A stretch of 64,000 nt of DNA from Pirellulales bacterium. Its GTDB lineage: Bacteria > Planctomycetota > Planctomycetia > Pirellulales > PNKZ01. Below are positions 26,618 through 36,127 of the stretch, piece by piece; the stretch's first letter is position 1, and every line of letters begins with the position of its first letter. The notes under the pieces were generated by a model. That model was not told where the DNA came from and made no database searches. It saw only the letters and a program-made list of their open reading frames with translations. A program made the translations under genes and the position numbers. Location: the NCBI GenBank assembly GCA_036272935.1, contig DATAXP010000143.1, positions 20,852 to 84,851 of the forward strand. Direction: 5' to 3'.

Positions 26618-27265
26618 TTGGCCGTCAGCGAATCTTCCGCTGCGAACTACGAACTGCGGGACCCCGATGTCCGGCTGATGCTCGAGGTGCGCGACGACAA
26701 CGCCGCCGCCTTCGAGGAGCTGGTGCTGCGCTACCAAAGCCGCCTGGTGACGGTGCTCGGCCACCTCGTCGGCGCCCACGATCTTGCCGAAGACCTGACG
26801 CAGGAGGTTTTCCTGCGCGTGTACCGCGCACGGAAGAAGTACGTGCCAGGCTCGAAGTTCTCCACCTGGCTGTTCACGATCGCCAACAACGTGGCGAGCA
26901 ACGCGCGCCGCACGCAATCGCGTCGCCGCGAGGTCCAACCAGCCAGCGCGGGGAGTAGTTCAACGTCGAACTTTTCGATCGATCAGGTGGCGCTAGCCGC
27001 CAGCGGACAAATGCCCGCTCGGCAACTCGACAAGGCCGAGATGCGCGACGTGGTTCACCAGGCGATGACCGTGCTCAACGATCGTCAGCGGCTCGCGCTG
27101 CTATTGAACAAGTTCGAGGGGATGAGCTACGCCGACATCGGCGTCACGATGGACCTTTCGCCCCAGGCGGTCAAATCGTTGTTGTCGCGTGCCCGGGTGC
27201 AACTGCGCGAAGTGCTCGAGCCGTACCTCGAGCAAGGCAAGCGCCCCGAGGTCGATCACCCATGA
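26618..27265 (+). CDS. ECF-type RNA polymerase sigma-70 factor
   Basis: Region 2 (AFEELVLRYQSRLVTVL...DLTQEVFLRVY...FSTWLFTIANN) and region 4 (LLLNKFEGMSYADIGVTMDLSPQAVKSLLSRAR). TTG start. Confidence 0.85.
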   Translation: MAVSESSAANYELRDPDVRLMLEVRDDNAAAFEELVLRYQSRLVTVLGHLVGAHDLAEDLTQEVFLRVYRARKKYVPGSKFSTWLFTIANNVASNARRTQSRRREVQPASAGSSSTSNFSIDQVALAASGQMPARQLDKAEMRDVVHQAMTVLNDRQRLALLLNKFEGMSYADIGVTMDLSPQAVKSLLSRARVQLREVLEPYLEQGKRPEVDHP

Positions 27266-27762
27266 GCAATTCCCCATCCGCCGAGCGGACCGAGCTCATC
27301 GAGCAGCTTTCCGCTTACATCGACGGTGAGCTGGATGCCGAGGCTCGGCAGCAGATCGAACAACGGCTGCTGGCCGACGAGCGAACGCGCGACGTACTTC
27401 GCCAGTTGGAGCAAGCCAACGCCCTGCTCGACGAGCTACCGCGCAGCGATGTCGAGCCGTCGTTCACCGAAACCACAGTGTCGATGATCGCCCTGGCCGA
27501 GGCGCAGGAGCCGTCGCGACGCCTTTGGCAACATTCGCGCTGGCTAGTGTGGACGCTGCGCGGAGGTGGATTGCTGATCGCGCTGGCTTGCGGGTTCGGC
27601 GTGGTCGCGGCTGTGCGGCCAGCACCGAACGAAATCCTGCTGCGCGATCTGCCGGTGATCGAAAACCTTGAACCCTACCGGCACGCGGGAAGCATCGAGT
27701 TTCTGCGGCGGCTCAAGGCGCGCAAGCTGTTCGCTGGCCCGGAGAGCGGCGATGGGCGCTAG
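27262..27762 (+). CDS. Anti-sigma factor (single-pass)
   Basis: N-terminal LSAYIDGELDAEARQQIEQRL pattern and TM helix GGGLLIALACGFGVVAAV. The start overlaps the sigma stop (ATGA). Confidence 0.6.
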   Translation: MSNSPSAERTELIEQLSAYIDGELDAEARQQIEQRLLADERTRDVLRQLEQANALLDELPRSDVEPSFTETTVSMIALAEAQEPSRRLWQHSRWLVWTLRGGGLLIALACGFGVVAAVRPAPNEILLRDLPVIENLEPYRHAGSIEFLRRLKARKLFAGPESGDGR

Positions 27763-28678
27763 ACATCTTGCCGTGGTTGCGATGCTGGCCGCGTTGTTGG
27801 CCCTGGGGGCCAGCGCGGCCGATGTGCTCAGCGAGCGCCGCACGCGCATTGCCCAACTCGACGATGCCGCGCGCGAACGGCTGCTCGACAACCTCGATCG
27901 CTACCAGCACCTCACCGCGGCCGAACAGCAGCAACTCCGCGATCTCGATGCCGCGCTTGCGACTGCGCCCGACGGCGACGATCTGCGGACGGTACTGCGA
28001 CGGTACAACGCGTGGCTCAACGGGCTGCCGGCGGTGCAGCGTGCCGAACTGTTGGCCACGCCGGAAGACCGCCGCATCGAGCGGATCGAGCAGATGTGCG
28101 CCACCGAGCGCCGCCTCCGCCAGGGCGAGCTATCTCCGGTGGACGTTAAGGTAGTGACCGAATGGCTCGAGCAATTACTGCGCAGGCTGCCGCAGGCCGA
28201 GCGCCAGCGCGCCATGATGCGTCTAGCGGGGCGCGGCCAGCCGTTTGATCCGGGGCGCGGGCCGAACATGGCTGATCTGACACAGCTTCGCGAACGCCTG
28301 TCGCCGGCGGCTCAGCAACGGCTTGCGCAGGCCGCGACGCCGCAGGAGAAGCAGGAGCTGATTCACCGGTGGCTGCGGCAGGGGCTCGTGGTGTTGATGT
28401 CGCGCTTTTCGCGTCTCGGTAACGACGTGAGCGAAGAGCGGCTGCGCCAGTTCTACGAAACGGAAATCTCCGAGGCTGAGCGCGAACGGTTGCTCACTCT
28501 GCCAGCCGACGAGATGCAGATGCAGTTGCGGCGGATGTACCAATTAAGCGTGATCGGGGGCCACTTGCCGCGACGCGACGGCGAAGGCTTTTCGGTTCCG
28601 CCGGGACCTCGCGGCCAGCAGCCTAGCCGGCCACTCGGAAATCGCGCGCCTACAGCCCCGAAAGTGGAGTCGCCGTAG
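27752..28678 (+). CDS. Hypothetical secreted all-alpha, Arg/Gln/Glu-rich protein; third gene of the ECF module
   Basis: Signal peptide MGARHLAVVAMLAALLALGASA. Its ATG overlaps the anti-sigma stop by 11 nt. The longer start at 27668 is rejected. Confidence 0.5.
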   Translation: MGARHLAVVAMLAALLALGASAADVLSERRTRIAQLDDAARERLLDNLDRYQHLTAAEQQQLRDLDAALATAPDGDDLRTVLRRYNAWLNGLPAVQRAELLATPEDRRIERIEQMCATERRLRQGELSPVDVKVVTEWLEQLLRRLPQAERQRAMMRLAGRGQPFDPGRGPNMADLTQLRERLSPAAQQRLAQAATPQEKQELIHRWLRQGLVVLMSRFSRLGNDVSEERLRQFYETEISEAERERLLTLPADEMQMQLRRMYQLSVIGGHLPRRDGEGFSVPPGPRGQQPSRPLGNRAPTAPKVESP

Positions 28679-29876
28679 GCGCGCGATCGGGCGCGGCAAC
28701 AGTTGGAGCGCTCGGCAGCGGCGGGCATTTGGCCGTGTAGATGCGGTGGATCAGATCCTCGTAGCCCTGCACCATTTGCTCCAGCGACCAGCGCGCCACC
28801 ACGTGCTCACGAGCGACACGCCCCATGGCCTGTGCCCGTTCGGGATCATCGAACAAGCCGGCAATGCGCTCGGCAATCGCAGCGGCATTGCCCGGCTCGG
28901 TCAGGTAACCCGTCGATCCATCGTGGACCGCTTCATCGACCGAACCGACCCGCGTGGCGACCACCGGCACGCCGCACGCCATCGCCTCGAGGATCGAAAC
29001 CGGATTGGCCTCCATGTGCGACGACAGCACCAGTACGCGGGACAGGGCGAGCAACTCCGGCACGTCGTGACGCGTGCCCAAGAAATGGACTGCCCGGTTG
29101 GTGCCCAGCTCGCCGGCGAGCGCTTCGAGCATCGATCGCTGCGGCCCGTCGCCGATCACCAGGAACTGCGCCGTGGGGTGTTGCTTCAGCACCTCGGCCG
29201 CGGCGCGCAGGAACAGTTCGTGATTCTTCTCTGGCCGCAACGCAGCGACGATCGCCGCCACGGGTGCATCGGCCGGCAAGGCGATCTCGCGCCGCAGCGA
29301 TTCTTCGACGGCTCGCGGCGAGAACCGCTCGACGTCGACCCCGTTGGGAATGACAGACACTTTGTCCGCGCGGCATCCCTCGTGCGTGGCCAGGTAGCGG
29401 CCGTGCGGCTCGGCCACCGCGATGAACCCATCGGTCCACGGTGCAAGTAGCCGATTCGGCAGCTCAACGTGGTTGGGATAGCCGGTCGAATGGATCGCCG
29501 ACAGCACCACCGGCACTCCGGCACACCACGCCGCCAGTCGCCCCCAGAACATCCGATCGCCGCCGGTGCCCACCGTAACCACGGCATCGATCCGCCGCTG
29601 GCGCAGCAGCCGAGTCAGCCGCGGCAGCACGGCCAGATCGTATTTGTGTTGCAAGAGGCCGGTGAAGGCGGGCATCTCCTGCGACAACACTTCGCCCAGC
29701 GGGCCAAAGGTCTTGAGACAGCACAACTCGGGCTCGAAGCGCGTGCGGTCCATGCGGCGCACCAGGTTCACCAGCAGCGTTTCGGCGCCGCCGACCGGCA
29801 TGCTCGTGAGCACAAACATCACGCGCAGCGGGCCACGATCGTCGGGATGAACAAGGCGTCGGCGACGGTAATTCAT
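28650..29876 (-). CDS. Glycosyltransferase family 4 (GT-B)
   Basis: MFVLTSMPVGGAETLLVNL N-terminus and the EANPVSILEAMACGVPVV E-x7-E region. The start is set at ATG 29876, which overlaps the upstream stop (ATGA). Confidence 0.8.
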   Translation of the reverse strand: MNYRRRRLVHPDDRGPLRVMFVLTSMPVGGAETLLVNLVRRMDRTRFEPELCCLKTFGPLGEVLSQEMPAFTGLLQHKYDLAVLPRLTRLLRQRRIDAVVTVGTGGDRMFWGRLAAWCAGVPVVLSAIHSTGYPNHVELPNRLLAPWTDGFIAVAEPHGRYLATHEGCRADKVSVIPNGVDVERFSPRAVEESLRREIALPADAPVAAIVAALRPEKNHELFLRAAAEVLKQHPTAQFLVIGDGPQRSMLEALAGELGTNRAVHFLGTRHDVPELLALSRVLVLSSHMEANPVSILEAMACGVPVVATRVGSVDEAVHDGSTGYLTEPGNAAAIAERIAGLFDDPERAQAMGRVAREHVVARWSLEQMVQGYEDLIHRIYTAKCPPLPSAPTVAAPDRAPTATPLSGL

Positions 29877-30748
29877 GAAACCTCGACAAGCTCCAGGGGA
29901 GCCGGCTGGTGGTGATACTCGAAGCGAGGCGTGCGACGTTTGCGGGGATCGATCGTCACCGAGTTCTTGAACCGCGCCATCTGCACGTCGCCGTGAACGC
30001 GCTGTAAATGGAACGCATCGTCCCCTGGCACGTTGTAACCTCCGTAGGCCGAGCAAACTCCTTCGTAGCCCGCCTCGCGAGCGATCTCGAACGCCGCGCG
30101 GTTCAAGTGCCGGTGCAGGCCGTACGGGAACGCGAAGTAACGCACCGGATGGTTGATCATTTCTTCCAGCACTAGGCCGGGTACCACCACCTCGTCGTGC
30201 AGCACGCGAGGATCGGTGACCAGGCCTAGGTCAGCATGGCTGCGCGTGTGAGCGCCGATCTCGATGCCGGCATCGGCCAGCGTGCGTAGTTGCTGCGGCG
30301 TGTTCGGGGCGAATGGCGTCCCTTGGGCCACGTCGTGCGGGAACGGCGAGCCTTCCAGCACGAACCGCGTCGAAACGAAATATGTGCAGGGAATGCCCAT
30401 GTCAACCAGCAACGGCAGGGCATGTTCGCAGTTCGCGGCGTAGCCGTCGTCGAACGTGATGCTCACGGCCGGCATGATGTTGTGCCCACTGCGCAGCCGA
30501 GCTTGCGCCTCGGCCAGCGAGATCATGTCGAACCGTTCGCGCAGCCAGCACATCTGCCGGGCGAACGTACGGTTCGGACAGGTCCAATCGTTCGATACGT
30601 CGTCGGCGACGCGATGATAAAACAGCACCACGATCGGCGCCATGCCGGTGATCGTGTTGTGCCGTGCCTCCCACCACCGGTACGGCAACGTCGCCCGGTA
30701 ATACGCTTCAACCAGGAGTTGTTTCCACCAAGGCATGTGCGCGCCCAA
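29873..30748 (-). CDS. Polysaccharide deacetylase (NodB homology)
   Basis: LFYHRV..., VSITFDDGY (metal-binding Asp-Asp motif) and GAHTRSH. Confidence 0.8.
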   Translation of the reverse strand: MGAHMPWWKQLLVEAYYRATLPYRWWEARHNTITGMAPIVVLFYHRVADDVSNDWTCPNRTFARQMCWLRERFDMISLAEAQARLRSGHNIMPAVSITFDDGYAANCEHALPLLVDMGIPCTYFVSTRFVLEGSPFPHDVAQGTPFAPNTPQQLRTLADAGIEIGAHTRSHADLGLVTDPRVLHDEVVVPGLVLEEMINHPVRYFAFPYGLHRHLNRAAFEIAREAGYEGVCSAYGGYNVPGDDAFHLQRVHGDVQMARFKNSVTIDPRKRRTPRFEYHHQPAPLELVEVS

Positions 30749-30765
30749 GGATATTTTGTGGTCGG

Positions 30766-31974
30766 TTAGTCTAATTTAGCCGCATCGCTTGCGACGCGCG
30801 GGGCAAACCCCGCGGCTAAACGGGAACATTCCCGTCGTTGGTTGATCCAGGCACCTGCACCGGCAGCGGCCCTGAGCAGGCGATGCCGCAGCCGCGCCGC
30901 GACGCTCTTTCCCATCACGCGCACCTCAAGGAGTGCCCGCGTCTCGGCACGCCACGATTGTTTGTAGGGCTCGTCGCCGCGCAGCAGATCGTATCGACGA
31001 TAGCCTTGTTCGATTGCCAGCCGCATCGAAGCGATCGTGTTCAGCCAGCCCGGCTTCATCTTCGAATGGTCGGGGTCGAAGCCGCATTGGTAAACGTAGA
31101 TCGTGTCGCCGCCGGTGAGCGCGTACTCGCCGGCGATTGCTTGGCCTTCGAACTCAACCCAATGCAGCCGCAGCCGGCCCGCCTGGTACATTCGGTCGAC
31201 CACTTCGTAGTGGAACGCCGTGAATTGCGGCGATGCGAAGCATCCTGCTTCGCCCAGGCTTTTCCGGCGGCGCTGATGCAACTCGCAAAGCATCGGCCAC
31301 GCGCGCTCGACATCCGACCACGATTGCGCCAACCGAGGCACGCACCTGCCGCTGTCGAGCCAACGCCGCGTGAGTTGCCGCACCCGGTCGCGACGCACTT
31401 GCGAAAGCCGCGGCAGGTAATCGTCCCACCGCTCGGGCAGCTCGACGGCCCAAGCGCTCGGCATGCTGCGCATGGCGACGTGGTGGCGCCGCATCTGAAA
31501 GCCGGCAACCAGGCGTGCGATTGCCGCGTCGTCCGCGGCCACGCCGTCCAACTCGATCCGGTCCCATGTGTCGCCGTTCGATGTCAGCCACGTACCAATC
31601 GCCTCGGCAACGGACGGAGCATCTTCGGGGCGACTCAGCAGCCCGAGGTAATCGGAGCAAACTTCGCCTGAGCCGAGAAACCGGATCGTCCGACCCCAAA
31701 TCCGCGAGCGCGTCGCGCAACATGGCGCGACACCGATCAGGCGATCTTGCGCGTCGCGAACAACGAGCACCATCGGCTCGACGCCGGCCACCGCGTAATG
31801 CCGCGACCAGCAATCGAGCCACTGCCAGCTTCGAAACGGGTTCTCGCCGCTGAGCGCGTTCCATGTGGCGCAATCGGCCGCGTCGGCGACACTGCCGACG
31901 CACTCCACTCGCAGCGCTGCGTTGGTCGGCCCGACCGGAGTTAATAACGTGCTCGTGCTCATCGCGGCATGCAT
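30766..31974 (-). CDS. GNAT-fold, FemAB/CelD-like acetyltransferase-domain protein
   Basis: About 400 aa. NPFRSWQWLDCWSRHY and the C-terminal ...YVYQCGFDPDHSKMKPGWLNTIASMRLAIEQGYRRYDLLRGDEPYKQSW match the BioF2-like/CelD pattern. The start (31974 or 31962) is uncertain. The last ~16 codons lie inside a repeat element. Confidence 0.6.
   Translation of the reverse strand: MHAAMSTSTLLTPVGPTNAALRVECVGSVADAADCATWNALSGENPFRSWQWLDCWSRHYAVAGVEPMVLVVRDAQDRLIGVAPCCATRSRIWGRTIRFLGSGEVCSDYLGLLSRPEDAPSVAEAIGTWLTSNGDTWDRIELDGVAADDAAIARLVAGFQMRRHHVAMRSMPSAWAVELPERWDDYLPRLSQVRRDRVRQLTRRWLDSGRCVPRLAQSWSDVERAWPMLCELHQRRRKSLGEAGCFASPQFTAFHYEVVDRMYQAGRLRLHWVEFEGQAIAGEYALTGGDTIYVYQCGFDPDHSKMKPGWLNTIASMRLAIEQGYRRYDLLRGDEPYKQSWRAETRALLEVRVMGKSVAARLRHRLLRAAAGAGAWINQRRECSRLAAGFAPRVASDAAKLD
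30775..30821 (+). repeat. Y-shaped TTTAGCCG...CGGCTAAAC element, copy 2
   Basis: tttagccgcatcgcttgcgacgcgcggggcaaaccccgcggctaaac matches copy 1 at 42/47 positions. It overlaps the 3' end of the CDS on the opposite strand. Confidence 0.75.
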
Positions 31975-32357
31975 GCCCTTGGTGTGCGTGGCGATCTCGG
32001 CGCAGACGACGATCTGCTCCGATGGAGAAGCGGCGCCAGGATCCAACGATTCAACTCTTTCTCGAACCTGCGGCGATGCAAGTCGGTTTGTGAAAGAAGT
32101 TCGCGGCTGCTCCGCCGACAAATGTTGCGTTGTTGCATCACGCCCACACGACGATGCAATTCGTCAACACCGTCGCCCGGGCGCACGATTTACCGAATCC
32201 GCAGTCGATCGTGCGTTAAGTGTGCTTGCTGTCGAGGGTTAGCAACCTCAACCGCTCGGAAGCCGTAGGTGCTTTCAACCGCGGGCATCGTGCTTGCTTC
32301 AACAGGCAACCGTCCTTCGCCGTCGAGCCTTCCAGCCTGTCGCTTTCTGGAGCATTC

Positions 32358-33803
32358 ATGAATCGCACTATCCCGATCAGCGTTTCGAGCCTCATCGACG
32401 GGTTGCAATTGCTCGTCAAGTTTCCGCTGCGATGGGCGGTGCCGGCCGTGTCGGTTGCCGTGTTGGTCGGTGCGTTCGTGATGGCGCGGCGCGATACCTG
32501 GGAGGCGACGCAGACGCTGGTGGCCCGCAACGATACCGGCGGCGCTCAGGATGGCCCCGGCAAATTCCGTCACAGCGACGAGTTGAAGGCGGTGCTCGAA
32601 ACGTTCCTCGAACTATCGAAGAGCCACGGCGTGCTGGAAAAGGCGTTGCTGGCCGTTGGGCCATCGGCCGATCGGAAAGGCTCCGCGGCCTGGCCGACCG
32701 AGCAAGAGATTGCCGACGTGGCCGGCGACGTGAAGGTGACAGCCCCCAAGGGTGCGGAGTTCGGCAAGACCGAAGTGTTCTACCTGAAGGTGCGGGCCAA
32801 CGATCGGCAGCGAGCCCTGAAGTTGGCCGACGCCCTGTGCCACGAAATCGAAGTGCAATACGGCCTGCTTCGCAACCACCGAGCCGCCAGCATGGTCGAC
32901 GAACTGGTCGAGGCCGAGCGGCTGGCCCAGGCCGATTTGCAGCAGTCGACGAGTCGCTTGAAGGAGCTGGAAAAGGCGGTCGGCAGCGATCTAGCCGAGC
33001 TGCGGAATCTGCACCAGCCGTCGGGAGCCGGCGAAAGCGATCTGCGTCGCAAGGCGGTCGAAATGGAAAGTGAGCTGCGCGAGGCACGTAGCGCCGCCGC
33101 CGGCCGTGCCGAGCTACTGAGCGCCCTCCGCGAAGCCGAGAACGATCCGAAGCAAGTGCTCGCCCTGCCTAACGGCATGCTCGAGACGCTGCCTTCGCTG
33201 CGGAAGGTGAAGGACGGTTTGATCGATGCCCAGGTACACACGTCGACGCTGCTGGGCACCATGTCGCCCGCCCATCCGGCCGTCCAGGCGGCGCGGATCG
33301 CCGAAGAGGAAATCACCGGTCGGCTGCGTGAGGAACTTCTTGCGGCGACTCGCGGCGTCGAGATCGACGAGCGGTTGACCCGCCGCCGGGTTGAATCGTT
33401 AGCCAAGACGATCGACGACATCCATGGTCGCTTCCAACTGCTGGCGAGCCTGCGTGCCGACTACACCACGCTGATTGCCGAGTCGGATCAGCGTTCGCGG
33501 TCGCTGGCCGAAGTGCAGCGCAAGCTGATCGATGCCCGCGCGAGCCAGGCCGGTGCCGAGAAGGCGAGCCTGGTGACTCGTGTCGATGCCCCCGAAACCG
33601 GCCCCAAGCCGGTCGGTCCCGCCAAGGCCATGCTGTTAGCCGCGGGAGTGATGGGCGGATTGCTGGTCGGAGCGGCCGTGCTGTTGTTCACGGTGATGCC
33701 GGTTGAACCGTTGCCGCGGAAGCGCGCCTTGGCTGATCGCCGCTCGACGACAACGGCCGACCTCGATGTCGAGAACGAACTAGAGTTGCAAGAAGCGGCA
33801 TAA
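32358..33803 (+). CDS. Polysaccharide co-polymerase / chain-length determinant (GumC/Wzz-like), no kinase domain
   Basis: N-terminal TM, a long coiled-coil periplasmic region, and a C-terminal TM (AMLLAAGVMGGLLVGAAVLLF). The ATG at 32358 is preferred. Confidence 0.6.
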   Translation: MNRTIPISVSSLIDGLQLLVKFPLRWAVPAVSVAVLVGAFVMARRDTWEATQTLVARNDTGGAQDGPGKFRHSDELKAVLETFLELSKSHGVLEKALLAVGPSADRKGSAAWPTEQEIADVAGDVKVTAPKGAEFGKTEVFYLKVRANDRQRALKLADALCHEIEVQYGLLRNHRAASMVDELVEAERLAQADLQQSTSRLKELEKAVGSDLAELRNLHQPSGAGESDLRRKAVEMESELREARSAAAGRAELLSALREAENDPKQVLALPNGMLETLPSLRKVKDGLIDAQVHTSTLLGTMSPAHPAVQAARIAEEEITGRLREELLAATRGVEIDERLTRRRVESLAKTIDDIHGRFQLLASLRADYTTLIAESDQRSRSLAEVQRKLIDARASQAGAEKASLVTRVDAPETGPKPVGPAKAMLLAAGVMGGLLVGAAVLLFTVMPVEPLPRKRALADRRSTTTADLDVENELELQEAA

Positions 33804-33861
33804 GGCGAACGGATCGACCGCTCGATGCTCCGGTGCCGCACCCCCTCACTTTCTCATCGCC

Positions 33862-35082
33862 ATGACGCTCGCCAACCTTTCGCCGACTGCTGAACCGATC
33901 GCGGTGCCACTCGTGGGTATCACCGCACCGGCCGTAAGCGACAAGGTGACGTCAAGGCCAGCAACGACGGTCTCGGCGCCGCCGCGGCGCGTGCTGCACA
34001 TCGTCAACGGCGAGCACTACGCCGGGGCCGAGCGCGTGCAGGACCTGCTGGCGACGCGCCTGCCGGAGCTGGGCTTCGAAGTGACCTTCGCCTGTGTGAA
34101 GCCCGATCGGTTTCCCGCGCTGCGACAAGCCCGGCAGTGCCCGTTGTACGACACCGCGATGCGTCACCGCTTCGACCTTTGGCCGGCACGCGAGCTGGCT
34201 CGCCTGGTGCGAAAAGAAAAGTATTCGCTGATTCACACGCACACGCCGCGCACGCTGCTCGTTGGCTGTGTGGCCGCGGCGCTCGCCCGCGTGTCGCTGG
34301 TGCACCATCTGCACAGTCCCGCGCTAGCCGACACGACCGATCGCTGGCGCAACCGCATCAACTCGGCGGCGGAACGATTCACCGTCCGGCGGGCGACGGC
34401 CGTGATTGCCGTCTCGGAAAGCCTGGCCGACTATGCCCAGCGCGCCGGCCTCGCGCGGCGCCGGCCACACGTGATCCCCAACGGCGTGCCGGTCGTCGAC
34501 GCGCCCGCCGCGCGCGAAACCCCTCGCGAACGCTGGACCATCGGAGTGGTGGCACTGTTCCGTCCCCGCAAAGGGCTGGAAGTGATGCTCGATGCACTGG
34601 CGCGTCTGGTGCAATCGGGCCACGACGTGCAGCTCCGCGTGATCGGCAACTTCGAAACTCCGGCGTATGAGCGGGCGATCCACAAGCGCGCCGAGCAGCT
34701 TGGACTCTACGCCCGCATCGAGTGGCGCGGCTTCCAGCGTAACGTCGCCGCGGAACTGGCCGCGCTCGATCTGTTCGTGCTGCCAAGCCTCTTCGGCGAA
34801 GGCATGCCGATGGTCGTGCTCGAAGCGATGGCGGCCGGCGTGCCCGTGGTGGCAAGCAACGTCGCAGGAGCGTCGGAAGTCGTTCGGCACGGACAAGACG
34901 GATTGCTTGTCGAACCGGCCGATGTCGACGGACTGGCTGGGGCCATTGGGCGTTTCGTCAGCGGGCAGATCGATTGGCAGGCGTTGCGCACGAGCGCCTA
35001 TCGCCGGCAAATCGCTCAGTTTTCCGATCAAAGCATGGCCCACAGCGTGGCCGAAGTTTATCGCACCGTTCTTGGAGACTAG
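33862..35082 (+). CDS. Glycosyltransferase family 4 (GT-B)
   Basis: RVLHIVNGEHYAGAERV N-terminus and FGEGMPMVVLEAMAAGVPVVAS E-x7-E region. Confidence 0.8.
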   Translation: MTLANLSPTAEPIAVPLVGITAPAVSDKVTSRPATTVSAPPRRVLHIVNGEHYAGAERVQDLLATRLPELGFEVTFACVKPDRFPALRQARQCPLYDTAMRHRFDLWPARELARLVRKEKYSLIHTHTPRTLLVGCVAAALARVSLVHHLHSPALADTTDRWRNRINSAAERFTVRRATAVIAVSESLADYAQRAGLARRRPHVIPNGVPVVDAPAARETPRERWTIGVVALFRPRKGLEVMLDALARLVQSGHDVQLRVIGNFETPAYERAIHKRAEQLGLYARIEWRGFQRNVAAELAALDLFVLPSLFGEGMPMVVLEAMAAGVPVVASNVAGASEVVRHGQDGLLVEPADVDGLAGAIGRFVSGQIDWQALRTSAYRRQIAQFSDQSMAHSVAEVYRTVLGD

Positions 35083-35092
35083 GCGAGTCACC

Positions 35093-36055
35093 ATGTCGAC
35101 GCCGTCCGCATCCACCATGTCGCTGTTTGAACCTTCCACGTCGGAAAGCGCGGCCGGCTTGGCCACGGCGTTTGATGCGCCGCCAGTTGTTTCGGTGCCG
35201 ATCGTCAACGTGCCTGCCGCGACGCCCCCGGCGAAGCCCGCGCCTGCGGCACGGCAGACGAGGCGGATCGAAGTGCTCGGCCTGCCGATCGACGATGTCA
35301 CAAAGGACGAAGCGGTTCGACTGATCCGTGAGCACCTGGAAGGTGACTTACCGTGCCAGATGTGCTTCGTCAATGCCGACTGCGTGAACGTCGCGGCGCG
35401 CGACGACCGTTATCGGTTCGCCTTGCAAGCGGTCGACTTCACCTTTGCCGATGGCGTGGGGATGAGCATCGCTGCCCGAGCGCTCGGCAGGCCGCTGCGC
35501 GATAACGTCAACGGCACCGACTTGTTCCCGCTATTATGTGAGGAACTAGAAGAAACCGGCGTGCGCGTGTTCTTGCTCGGCGGATATCCGGGCGTCTCGG
35601 CGGCGGCCGCGGCCTGGATGCAAACACATTTTCCGGGTGTCTTTCTGTGCGGCTGGCACGACGGCTACTTCGACGCTTCCGAGGAAGCAACGATCGTCCG
35701 CAAGATTGCCAACGCCAAGACCGATCTGCTGCTGGTGGGCTTCGGCGAACCACGGCAGACGCTGTGGATCCAGCAACACCTGCGCGCAATCAACGTCAAG
35801 GTAGCCATCGGCGTCGGCGGCCTGTTCGACTTCTACTCGGGACGCGTTCCCCGCGCACCGGTATGGGTGCGCCGGCTGCGGGCGGAGTGGGTCTACCGCC
35901 TGTCGCAAGAACCGCAACGCCTGTGGCGGCGGTACCTGATCGGGAACTTCGCGTTTCTGTGGCGGCTGCGAAAAGCGATGCGGGGAACCAAACAGCAGCC
36001 GCAGGTCGATGCCGGAACCCTGTGGGAGGCGAATCCTTTCGCCGACCGAGATTGA
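35093..36055 (+). CDS. WecB/TagA/CpsF-family glycosyltransferase
   Basis: IEVLGLPIDDVT..., FVNADCVN, ADGVGM and VFLLGG...GFGEPRQTLW are family motifs. The long N-terminal extension of the ORF (from 34667) overlaps the previous gene and is rejected. Confidence 0.8.
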   Translation: MSTPSASTMSLFEPSTSESAAGLATAFDAPPVVSVPIVNVPAATPPAKPAPAARQTRRIEVLGLPIDDVTKDEAVRLIREHLEGDLPCQMCFVNADCVNVAARDDRYRFALQAVDFTFADGVGMSIAARALGRPLRDNVNGTDLFPLLCEELEETGVRVFLLGGYPGVSAAAAAWMQTHFPGVFLCGWHDGYFDASEEATIVRKIANAKTDLLLVGFGEPRQTLWIQQHLRAINVKVAIGVGGLFDFYSGRVPRAPVWVRRLRAEWVYRLSQEPQRLWRRYLIGNFAFLWRLRKAMRGTKQQPQVDAGTLWEANPFADRD

Positions 36056-36127
36056 GTTCACCCACAATTCGGCGATGGGAATCGCCTCCCACAACACAGG
36101 CTCTCGTCGTTCCACGGGCTATTACCG

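Noticed and set aside
29877-30056. 60-aa N-terminal extension of the GT4 ORF (start at 30056); similar extensions occur at 27668 and 8147
   Set aside because: The extensions overlap upstream genes or read through repeat elements. Internal ATGs give canonical N-termini and ATGA-type coupling.
34667-35092. N-terminal 142-aa extension of the WecB/TagA ORF
   Set aside because: It lies entirely inside the preceding GT4 gene in another frame. The family-typical sequence begins after ATG 35093, which follows the GT4 stop.
28650-36055. Exosortase (EpsH/Xrt) within the EPS locus
   Set aside because: I looked for a polytopic protein of about 300-500 aa in or near the locus and found none. Every ORF there is accounted for by glycosyltransferase, deacetylase, GNAT or co-polymerase calls.
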